A program made the position numbers and the translations under genes. Of a DNA stretch of 32,000 nt, positions 23,967-31,550 are shown piece after piece. Under the pieces are notes generated by a model. The model was not told where the DNA came from. It saw only the letters and a program-made list of their open reading frames with translations, and made no database searches. The DNA comes from Nitrosopumilus maritimus SCM1. Its GTDB lineage: Archaea; Thermoproteota; Nitrososphaeria; Nitrososphaerales; Nitrosopumilaceae. Positions within the stretch are counted from its first letter, which is position 1. The number at the start of each line of letters is the position of its first letter. The stretch lies in NCBI RefSeq assembly GCF_000018465.1, contig NC_010085.1:660001-692000 (forward strand), in the 5' to 3' direction.

Positions 23967-24529
23967 TTGACATTTTTTGCATCCCTATGAGATATTCTCA
24001 AGTTTGCTAAAATTTCATTTAGAAACACATCTTCGGGTTGATGTGAAATGTTTGTCATGATTGCTTGCCAACAATCATCAATCTTTCTATTAATTTGTGG
24101 AAACATTTTGTCTTTTCTAAATGTGGGATAAAATGACAATAACTTCATGATTCCATCAGTTGACTGAACAATTTGGATTAAATGAATAATTGATCTTAAT
24201 CTTTCATGAAATGAAAGATTTTCTGCTTTACTAATGTTATCAAAATTTTCTATTTCTTCAAAAATCGTTTTGATTTCACTATGAAGGTTCTTTAATTGAT
24301 TATTTACTGATTCATACAAATTCACTAATTCATATTCAATGTGGGCTCTACTGTGAACTCTTTTTTCGATATCTCCAGACTCTACAAGAGCACTAATCTC
24401 TCTATACACTGTTTTTTCATTTCCAACTTTTTCCATGACTCTTTTGGCTAATTCTGTGCCTCTAATCCTTCCATTCTCGTTTAGAATTCTAATAATTTCG
24501 ATTCTGATAATTTCTGAATTTTTATCCAA
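23963..24529 (-). CDS. winged-helix transcriptional regulator-like protein
   Basis: 188-aa ORF. The N-terminal 'IRIEIIRILNENGRIRGTELAKRV...TVYREISALVESGDIEKRV' is wHTH-like. The C-terminal helical domain parallels 17860-18438. Confidence 0.55.
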   Translation of the reverse strand: MDKNSEIIRIEIIRILNENGRIRGTELAKRVMEKVGNEKTVYREISALVESGDIEKRVHSRAHIEYELVNLYESVNNQLKNLHSEIKTIFEEIENFDNISKAENLSFHERLRSIIHLIQIVQSTDGIMKLLSFYPTFRKDKMFPQINRKIDDCWQAIMTNISHQPEDVFLNEILANLRISHRDAKNVN

Positions 24530-24538
24530 TGTTTTCTC

Positions 24539-24772
24539 CTATTTTTGATATTTTGCTATAACTTTGTCTTGACCCATCTCACTAATTTCTTTTGCCAGTT
24601 GTTCTAGAATATCTATTCCTTTTTTGATTGGTTCTTTTGGGATGTTTTTGTTTTCTAATTTTTGTTTTAGGACCATTTTTTCATTATTTACAAAACTAAT
24701 CAAAGGAACATTTTCTCCCATGTTTAGATTGATGAAAAAATCAATGTATTCTTCTGCCGTACCAATACCCAT
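24539..24772 (-). CDS. hypothetical small protein
   Basis: 77-aa ORF lying 9 nt upstream of the wHTH gene on the same strand, so they likely form an operon. Confidence 0.4.
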   Translation of the reverse strand: MGIGTAEEYIDFFINLNMGENVPLISFVNNEKMVLKQKLENKNIPKEPIKKGIDILEQLAKEISEMGQDKVIAKYQK

Positions 24773-24847
24773 ACTAGAGGATTTCTTATCTGGTATTTGT
24801 TTGCACTCTGAATTAGATTAAAATAATTTTGAAGATTACCCTATTTC

Positions 24848-25111
24848 ATGGATTCTTGTGATCGACGTGTTCGAGCATACAAAAATGGCAAAACTCTTGA
24901 ACAATGCAAAGAAATAGCTGAATCTCTGAATCCTAAATTCAAAGATCATATTGAACAAAATGGAAGACTTCTTTGGTCTCAAATTTTAGAACAAGTTGAT
25001 CATGATGAATTAATCTACAAATTTACCCTGAAATTTTTGAGAAGAGATGGATATGATATTGGCAATCATAAACGTCCTCATGTGAAAAAATTTAATCATT
25101 GGTTTACCTAA
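24848..25111 (+). CDS. hypothetical small basic protein
   Basis: 87-aa ORF, divergent from 24539-24772. No motif recognised. Confidence 0.4.
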   Translation: MDSCDRRVRAYKNGKTLEQCKEIAESLNPKFKDHIEQNGRLLWSQILEQVDHDELIYKFTLKFLRRDGYDIGNHKRPHVKKFNHWFT

Positions 25112-25115
25112 AAAC

Positions 25116-25928
25116 TTAGATTTTACAGCTTCCATCTGGGTTACGTAATTTTTTTGCCATAATGTATGGTGTTGCTAACAATATTGGTATAGATACTGCA
25201 ATTAGTAATGTCTGTAATTGCGCTAATGCAAGTGATAGTGCAATTCCACTTGCTGTTCCAATAAATAATGAGAAAAACGTGCCTGCACAGGTTGGGCATG
25301 CAATGAATGCACCTACAACTGCACCTATTCCACTCATTCCGCTTCCTTGTTTAGAAAACGTGTATGCACTAACTGCAATTGATGTATTTAATCCAACTAA
25401 ATATGACACAATAATTTGTAGTACCAAATTGATTGGAATTATTTGTAATCCGATATGCTCAGTAAGATAGATGATTACTTTTGGCATGTATCCTAACTCA
25501 CCACAACACGGTGCGATAAACCCTGAAGGGATTTCTGCTCCATAATGTATTGAAAATGTAACTTCTGGTTGATACACTAGTGTTCCTGATACTAGTGCAA
25601 AAAATATTCCATACCCTACAAATGTTGCAACAAAAATTTTCCTTGATTTTTTATTCCATGTAATTAGTGCAATTATCGTTGAAAGATCTTTTTCATTTCT
25701 TTCAATTTTTCCTTTATGATATCTATACATTCCAAGTGCAATTGCTCCAAATGATGCAATTAATGCTACATAAAACAGGTATGCAATTCTTTGAATTGCC
25801 TCAATTGCGCTAGGTGTTAGTAACTCTGAATCTTGATATCTTGCATAAATAATGAATAATATTGCAATCGCAACAAATCCTATGACAATTAGTTTTTTGC
25901 CTTTGCTAATCGAATTTGATTGCTCCAT
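25116..25928 (-). CDS. six-TM integral membrane protein with CC and CPxC motifs
   Basis: 270-aa ORF with about six hydrophobic helices. It has 'FIAPCCGELGY' before TM4, 'GAFIACPTCAGTFF' inside TM5, and a C-terminal 'GSCKI'. Confidence 0.65.
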   Translation of the reverse strand: MEQSNSISKGKKLIVIGFVAIAILFIIYARYQDSELLTPSAIEAIQRIAYLFYVALIASFGAIALGMYRYHKGKIERNEKDLSTIIALITWNKKSRKIFVATFVGYGIFFALVSGTLVYQPEVTFSIHYGAEIPSGFIAPCCGELGYMPKVIIYLTEHIGLQIIPINLVLQIIVSYLVGLNTSIAVSAYTFSKQGSGMSGIGAVVGAFIACPTCAGTFFSLFIGTASGIALSLALAQLQTLLIAVSIPILLATPYIMAKKLRNPDGSCKI

Positions 25929-25964
25929 AATGTCTCTGTTTTTGCCATGAGATTAAATTCTATC

Positions 25965-27782
25965 TTAACTTAATCTGGGCACAAAAATATAGATAATTGC
26001 AATTATCTCAAGCCTTCCAAATATCATTAAAAATCCCAAGACAATTTTTGTTGCAGGATCTGTATCTGAATCAATTACCCCTGCTGACAATCCTCCTGTG
26101 GTAATCACTCCTGCAGCCTCAAAGAATGCATCCTGATATGACACATCTTCAGTCTCAGCAAGATGCAATCCTGTTATTGCTGAGATTACTGGGAATAATG
26201 CTATGATGATTAATGTTGATGTAATCTCTTTTTTTGTTTGTGTTGAGAGTTCTTTTCTTCTTACACTGCTGAAAAATGATCTACAATTTCTGAGATGGAA
26301 TAATCTGAAAATTTTCAATCCTCCTGCAGTTGAAAATCCACACCCTCCAATGAACATCAAAGTTATCAAAATTGCATGTGCAAATCCTCCTAATCCTGCT
26401 AAACTTTGTAGTTGAAGACCTGCTGTGGTACTTGCAGAAACAGAATAAAATGCACTATCCAATGGGTCTAATCCGCTAATTGAGATAAACAATATTGTTG
26501 CGCCACCTAAAATTGCAAAGTATGTGAGAACTTCTTTTCCTAATTTTGGTGCAAGGAATTTCTTTCTTACAAATGCATAGTGGAATGTAAATGGTAATGC
26601 ACCAAGTATCATGGCTCCCATCAAAATTACTTCTTCTTGCCATCCTAAATTCTCAATGATTGTTGAAGACGGGACAAATCCTCCTGTTGCAAGTGTACTC
26701 ATTGCTAGCGAAAAGTCGTCTAATAGATTCTCTTGTCCAAAGAAATACAACAATATTGCAACAATGACAATGTATACTGCAAAGATGACTGTAATTGTTG
26801 AGAAGAGTTCTTTCATGTGAAGCGTCCTTCCTGAAATAAAACCTCTCATTGATTGTAATTTTGATTCTGGATAAAACGCTGTAATTACGAGGTAAATGAA
26901 ACTCATTCCTCCTACGAGTTGCGTGTAGCTACGATAGAATGTAAAACTTTGAGTAAGTTGTTCTTCAGGGGTATCAAATAGGGATATTCCTCCTGTGGTA
27001 AACCCTGCTGCACTTGAAAAGAATGCATTTCCAAATACCTCTACATTGGTCTCTTCACTTGGAAACACGTACAGATACGGTACAGTTCCAAACAAAGACA
27101 ACAAAAACAGGCTTGAAAACACCAATATCGACGCTTGCTGCAAATTCAGACTTGATTTTTCACCATATGAATTCAAAAAGAATCCTGTAACTAACAATAG
27201 AACCGTTGTAAGATAAATCCCTGTAGCAGTAAGTGTATTCTCTAAAATTGTAGAAATAATTGCTGGGACCAGTAACAGGACCCCTGCAAACTGCAAAACA
27301 AATCCTAAATTACCAAGTACTGCTTTTACTGGAGGACTCAATAATCGAGGTTCAGATGCAGTTGCATCTCTGATTACATTTGCAATAGTCGTTTGGAAAA
27401 TCATCCCAATGACTTGATTCTTTTTTGACAATACTGGTAATTTTCTAATACTGTTATCTCTCATTTTGTGTAATGCATCTTGCAGTGTTGCTTTTTCATT
27501 AATTGTGACAAGCGGAGTCGTCATGATGTCTTTTAATTTTGTAGCTTCCGCATATACTGTAACATCACTTACTTTACTTAGAATATCTTCATCTGTAACA
27601 ATTCCTACTGGCACTCTGTCTTCATTTGTAACAATAATGTCGTCTGTTTCATAATGTTGCAACATTCTTGTTGCTTCTCTTGTTAGTGTGTTCTGACTTA
27701 GAATCAGGACATCTTTGTCCATGTATTCAGTTACAGATTTGTTTAACACATATGAGACGGCGCGTTCTGGATTTGTCGACAT
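25965..27782 (-). CDS. TrkH/KtrB-family cation (K+) transporter with N-terminal CBS-pair domain
   Basis: 605-aa ORF. It has two CBS motifs (residues ~20-140, for example 'VPVGIVTDEDILSKV' and 'VIGMIFQTTIANVI'). The membrane domain carries repeated selectivity-filter-like loops: 'FTTGGISL', 'LATGGFVP', 'STTAGLQL', 'FSTAGGLKIFR' and 'VITTGGLSAG'. Confidence 0.85.
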   Translation of the reverse strand: MSTNPERAVSYVLNKSVTEYMDKDVLILSQNTLTREATRMLQHYETDDIIVTNEDRVPVGIVTDEDILSKVSDVTVYAEATKLKDIMTTPLVTINEKATLQDALHKMRDNSIRKLPVLSKKNQVIGMIFQTTIANVIRDATASEPRLLSPPVKAVLGNLGFVLQFAGVLLLVPAIISTILENTLTATGIYLTTVLLLVTGFFLNSYGEKSSLNLQQASILVFSSLFLLSLFGTVPYLYVFPSEETNVEVFGNAFFSSAAGFTTGGISLFDTPEEQLTQSFTFYRSYTQLVGGMSFIYLVITAFYPESKLQSMRGFISGRTLHMKELFSTITVIFAVYIVIVAILLYFFGQENLLDDFSLAMSTLATGGFVPSSTIIENLGWQEEVILMGAMILGALPFTFHYAFVRKKFLAPKLGKEVLTYFAILGGATILFISISGLDPLDSAFYSVSASTTAGLQLQSLAGLGGFAHAILITLMFIGGCGFSTAGGLKIFRLFHLRNCRSFFSSVRRKELSTQTKKEITSTLIIIALFPVISAITGLHLAETEDVSYQDAFFEAAGVITTGGLSAGVIDSDTDPATKIVLGFLMIFGRLEIIAIIYIFVPRLS

Positions 27783-27922
27783 TAAGCTACCCTTAGTTAG
27801 GGATTTTAAATAATTTGGGGTTACGCTCTAGCATTGATCGTCTAAAAAAAATTAACCTTGTCAAAATGATCAGTAATGATCTCAAAATTTTGCTATCTTT
27901 ATAAGCTCTGGGCGTGAAGTTT

Positions 27923-28366
27923 ATGCGTACAATGGATATCAATCAAGCACAAGAGCCTGATTACGAATCAGTGAAAATTGATTATGTTGGATTTGTTGAC
28001 CCTTATGCTGTAGAAGGTATGGTTATTCTAAAGTCTGATAATGGAAAAGAGTTTCACATGCGCGCCTTTTCTGGTGAGGTTGCAAAACACATCTCAAGCT
28101 TTGGTGATGATACATCTGGCGAATCTGCACCTTCCATCTACAAAATGATTGAAGATATTTGTGAAGAGAATGAATTGGTTCTAGTCAAAGTCAAAATCTA
28201 TGAAAGTGGTGAGGTTTTGCGAGCAAATTTGTACTTTACAGGTAAAAAAGACCTTGTATTGAGAAATTATCGTGCATCTGATGCCCTGGCACTTGCTGCA
28301 TACTATAACATTCCAATTCTTGTTAGAAAGACTCTGTTAAAGGAAAGTATGGAAGCTGAAACCTAA
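27923..28366 (+). CDS. bifunctional-nuclease-domain (DUF151/BFN-like) protein
   Basis: 'GMVILKSDNGKEFHMRAFSGEVAKHI', 'PSIYKMIEDICEENELVLVKVKIY', 'LRANLYF' and 'RASDALALAAYYNIPILV' follow the DUF151 layout. I prefer ATG 27923 over the track's GTG 27914; a TATA-like 'ctttataag' sits at 27897-27905. Confidence 0.6.
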   Translation: MRTMDINQAQEPDYESVKIDYVGFVDPYAVEGMVILKSDNGKEFHMRAFSGEVAKHISSFGDDTSGESAPSIYKMIEDICEENELVLVKVKIYESGEVLRANLYFTGKKDLVLRNYRASDALALAAYYNIPILVRKTLLKESMEAET

Positions 28367-28406
28367 AATTAGAACAGTTTTTCTCCTAGTATGATTGTGG
28401 ATTATT

Positions 28407-28625
28407 ATGAATGAACAAGAACAATTAATGGATAATCTACTAAATGTTGATCTTGAAATTATTGATGTTGTAAGGGAACTTCAACAAGGAAATTGGGAAT
28501 CTGATTCTCATAAAAAACAAGTTGGTGATTTACTACAAATTCGAGATGAGATGGTTCAAAAATTAATGGCAGCAACTGGTACTAATACTCAATGCGATTG
28601 TGGTCATGATCATCATCACGAGTAA
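28407..28625 (+). CDS. hypothetical small protein with Cys/His-rich C-terminal tail
   Basis: 72 aa from ATG 28407 (the track starts at TTG 28395). It is helical and ends 'QCDCGHDHHHE'. Confidence 0.4.
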   Translation: MNEQEQLMDNLLNVDLEIIDVVRELQQGNWESDSHKKQVGDLLQIRDEMVQKLMAATGTNTQCDCGHDHHHE

Positions 28626-28817
28626 CTAGTTTTCAAAGAAATTATCTGGAAACATTTTCTTTATTCTGTTTAACTCTTCTTGATACTTTGTGATTTTAGA
28701 ATCTATTTCTGTAGTGTCTTGAACATCTTCTTTTTGTTTTTGTAATGATTTAATCTGGTTTGAAATAGTTCTATACATTATAGAGTACTCTGGAAATTTT
28801 TCAGGCAATTCTCCCAT
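28626..28817 (-). CDS. hypothetical small helical protein ('MFPD-tail' family)
   Basis: 63-aa ORF ending '...LNRIKKMFPDNFFEN', a paralog-like match to 22965-23198. Confidence 0.42.
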   Translation of the reverse strand: MGELPEKFPEYSIMYRTISNQIKSLQKQKEDVQDTTEIDSKITKYQEELNRIKKMFPDNFFEN

Positions 28818-28853
28818 TAGCTAGATTAAATATCGTGCCTACTAATACTCGTT

Positions 28854-29246
28854 ATGAAGATTGCAATATTTCTTGTATTCTTGATTACGTTGGGTGCCAG
28901 TTTTGCTTTTGCTGATCAAGTTACAACTGAAATTCCACCTGATGCAAAAACTCACTATGTTGATGAACAAATAATGATCATGGCTGATATTACAAATAAT
29001 CAAGATGTTCCTCAGAACTTTGCATACTTGACACAAGTAAGAAATGATCAAGATGTTGTAATTTCATTATCTTGGTTAACTGGTTCATTATCTCCAAGAC
29101 AATCATTTTCTCCAGCTCAATCATGGACTCCTGATGAACCTGGAGTATACTACATTCAGGTTTTTGTTTGGGAGAGTATTGATAATCCTGAAGCTTTGTC
29201 TCCTCCACTTGCAATGTCTGTGCATGTGGAGCAAAGAAGTACATAG
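28854..29246 (+). CDS. secreted small protein (beta-sandwich-like)
   Basis: 130-aa ORF with a signal peptide 'MKIAIFLVFLITLGASFAFA'. The mature part looks beta-rich. The overlapping minus-strand ORFs were rejected. Confidence 0.55.
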   Translation: MKIAIFLVFLITLGASFAFADQVTTEIPPDAKTHYVDEQIMIMADITNNQDVPQNFAYLTQVRNDQDVVISLSWLTGSLSPRQSFSPAQSWTPDEPGVYYIQVFVWESIDNPEALSPPLAMSVHVEQRST

Positions 29247-29394
29247 AATTCTGCTTCATAATTCGGCAAACTCATCATCTCTCAGTGATAGCTTAGTTGT
29301 CGGTTAATCATCAGCAAACTGTATTGGTCTCTAATAGTATATTATCATTCATGTATCAGAACCTTTTTGATACAAGTAATCATTTTGAAATCAT

Positions 29395-29643
29395 ATGGTC
29401 AATTTTGAAAAACTCTACAAAAGAGTTGCATTACAAGTAATTGATAGATGTCATGGTGGGATTCGGATAAAAAGACATGGTAGAGTTATTCAGGTTTATG
29501 ATCCAAAACGTCACATCTGGAGTGACGGATTGGTAGGATTAGTAATTAAAGAAGAGTGTAAACTTGCTAATCTTCGAGATTGGGAAATTGCACATGTTAG
29601 AAGGCATATCATTGAAGAACTTCTATCTCGCCCTGATGACTAG
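29395..29643 (+). CDS. hypothetical small basic protein
   Basis: 82-aa ORF. No motif recognised. Confidence 0.4.
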   Translation: MVNFEKLYKRVALQVIDRCHGGIRIKRHGRVIQVYDPKRHIWSDGLVGLVIKEECKLANLRDWEIAHVRRHIIEELLSRPDD

Positions 29644-29900
29644 TATGCTACTTTTCTAATCAGGTGCGGCTCTTTGAGCATAATGGTGTCATCTTTTCTA
29701 GAAGACAATTCCACTTGCCTGAGATTCAGATTTGTTACTACAATTAGTGCCTCACAACGAGTACAAAGTATTGTCTTTCCATCAGACCTTTCTTCTCTGA
29801 TGATGTCTCTTTCTAGTCTGTCTTCTTTCTCACAGGTTGGGCAAAGTTTTGGTTCATTTAGAATTGTAATTATCTCTTTGACAAAGATGGTTCTACTCAT
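29640..29900 (-). CDS. hypothetical zinc-ribbon protein
   Basis: 86-aa ORF with 'CPTC...(22 aa)...CTRC' (CxxC-CxxC). It overlaps the convergent gene through a palindromic CTAG double stop. Confidence 0.45.
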   Translation of the reverse strand: MSRTIFVKEIITILNEPKLCPTCEKEDRLERDIIREERSDGKTILCTRCEALIVVTNLNLRQVELSSRKDDTIMLKEPHLIRKVAY

Positions 29901-30173
29901 GTTGTGATGTTTTTGGTTTGTTGAATAAGAGTTGATTGTTAATTGGCATCAGCAATTCAATTTCAAGTGTCAAACCGTTTTAATCACCTGAAATCAGAAT
30001 GAATGGTATTCAATGTATTCCAATCTAACCAATTAACAAAATTTTATGAAATGTTTTGAAAATATGTTTTTGTTTGTTGATCTATGAAAATTAAATTTTA
30101 CAATATTTTTAGATCATTATTGTAATTTTTCATACTAAATGTTAAATACTAAAATTTCCTATAAGAATTGATG

Positions 30174-30302
30174 TCGTTAGTTACAAAATCTAACGAATAA
30201 ACTGCGTAGCCCCGCAGAACGATAAAGGCACTCAAACATTGTGATGTTTGACCACGAGAGGGAATCTCTCATAGTTCTGCAATTAGGGGGTTGCGCCTTT
30301 TT
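30174..30302 (+). ncRNA. candidate structured small RNA of unknown class
   Basis: This is a GC-rich patch in an AT-rich 437-bp spacer. Nested helices by hand are P1 30204-30213/30287-30296 (10 bp, 2 G-U) and P2 30214-30220/30274-30280 (7 bp). Two internal hairpins are 30232-30239/30244-30251 and 30256-30260/30266-30270. An upstream hairpin is 30174-30180/30190-30196. A T5 run follows at 30298-30302. The G-U pairs favour the + strand. Confidence 0.4.
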
Positions 30303-30337
30303 AATTTCTCAAAAATCTTGGTTACTCGAAAATTTTT

Positions 30338-31429
30338 CTATGTAACTATCTCATCTAGTCTGTCTTCTTCTTGAGCTCGTTTGATTTCCATGGCAATTCT
30401 TCTGCCAACTCCGAATGTTTGTCCGTATTGGTATTTTGTATATGGACTAGTTGTTGCAACAATTGGATTTCCTGGAACACGTAATGATACATCATATACG
30501 ATTAATTCCAAATCTTTTGTGATTACACTTTGAAGTGAGAATGGACCAATAATTCCTGGAGCGTATTCTCTTTTTACTGCATTGACAAACTTGTCTCCCA
30601 TTTTGAGTACTTTTTCTAGTAATGACTCTCTAATACTTGCAGGTGTATGGCCTACCTCAATATTTTGCAAATCTACATCAATGTCAAGTTGTTGTTTTGC
30701 AGGTAATGCATTAAAGTCCATGAGGTTTGTTTGAAGCCTTCTCTCAATTCCAATAAAGTCAACTTGGTCTGAAATTGGAGTGTGGAAGAAATTAAAATTC
30801 ATGTATGTTCCAATTGCCAATTCTTCAATACTTGCTTTTTCTAGATCTTTTCTTGCAATTACTCCTTGTTTGATTTTCTCTTCAGATGTCTTAACATAAT
30901 CTTTGTAAGATGATACTGTGAAAAATGCTCTTTCTAATGGTCTGTTTTTTTCTTGTACTTTGACGATACATGGTTTGTTGATTCTTTTAGGGTCTTTGAA
31001 TAATTTTGGATACTTTATTCTGGCTTTTTCTAAAAGATAGTATTGTCCTTTCTTTGCAGTTCTTTCTTCAGCTTGGAACAACTTTCTATTTCCAAAAATT
31101 GGTACTTTGAAGGAATTTTCAATTGTCTTGTAACCTAGATAGACTGTAAGGGAGCGATGTGGAACAATAATTGTATTTGATTCTCTTAATTCTTTTTGAA
31201 TTTTGGCTGAAGCCATATCCTTGAATTTGTTTAATACTGTAATCTCGTCAGCAATTCTGTTGAATCTCTGGTATGGTCCTTCTCTACCTTTTTGACAAAA
31301 TACTCTGGTCTGAAAATCCTCATCTTTTGCACCATCCATAATCTCAAGTGCAGAGTGGCTCCCAAGAACGCCTATTCTCACATCTGAGTACTCGTTAACA
31401 ATTTTCTTGATCTCAGAACTCTTAATCAC
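30338..31429 (-). CDS. purP: 5-formaminoimidazole-4-carboxamide ribonucleotide (FAICAR) synthetase PurP (archaeal ATP-grasp)
   Basis: 363-aa ORF. The N-terminal 'RIGVLGSHSALEIMDGAKDEDFQT', the ATP-grasp core and the C-terminal 'EIVYDVSLRVPGNP' fit archaeal PurP in length and layout. Confidence 0.88.
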   Translation of the reverse strand: MIKSSEIKKIVNEYSDVRIGVLGSHSALEIMDGAKDEDFQTRVFCQKGREGPYQRFNRIADEITVLNKFKDMASAKIQKELRESNTIIVPHRSLTVYLGYKTIENSFKVPIFGNRKLFQAEERTAKKGQYYLLEKARIKYPKLFKDPKRINKPCIVKVQEKNRPLERAFFTVSSYKDYVKTSEEKIKQGVIARKDLEKASIEELAIGTYMNFNFFHTPISDQVDFIGIERRLQTNLMDFNALPAKQQLDIDVDLQNIEVGHTPASIRESLLEKVLKMGDKFVNAVKREYAPGIIGPFSLQSVITKDLELIVYDVSLRVPGNPIVATTSPYTKYQYGQTFGVGRRIAMEIKRAQEEDRLDEIVT

Positions 31430-31550
31430 ATGATTCCTTGAAATTAGGATCTAATATAGCTAATTTCCATTTTTCAGGATCGCATAGAATCACAAGATTT
31501 TTCTGAATTGTCATTAGAAAATAACTGTGCTGTATCATTTTGAATTGCAA

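Noticed and set aside
25162-27654. Several + strand ORFs (62-102 aa) antisense to the membrane protein and TrkH genes
   Set aside because: They are shadow ORFs. The minus-strand products have coherent TM and filter-loop architecture.
29938-30037. 9-bp inverted repeat gttaattgg / ccaattaac flanking an 82-nt segment (possible second RNA or MITE-like element)
   Set aside because: The arms are AT-rich. With this composition I estimate about 2 chance 9-bp inverted matches in a 440-nt spacer. The interior has no further convincing pairing.
30204-30296. Structured element as a purine or ZTP riboswitch controlling purP
   Set aside because: It lies beyond the 3' end of purP and is favoured on the opposite strand. 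The junctions and loops do not contain the conserved purine-riboswitch or pfl/ZTP core sequences as I remember them.
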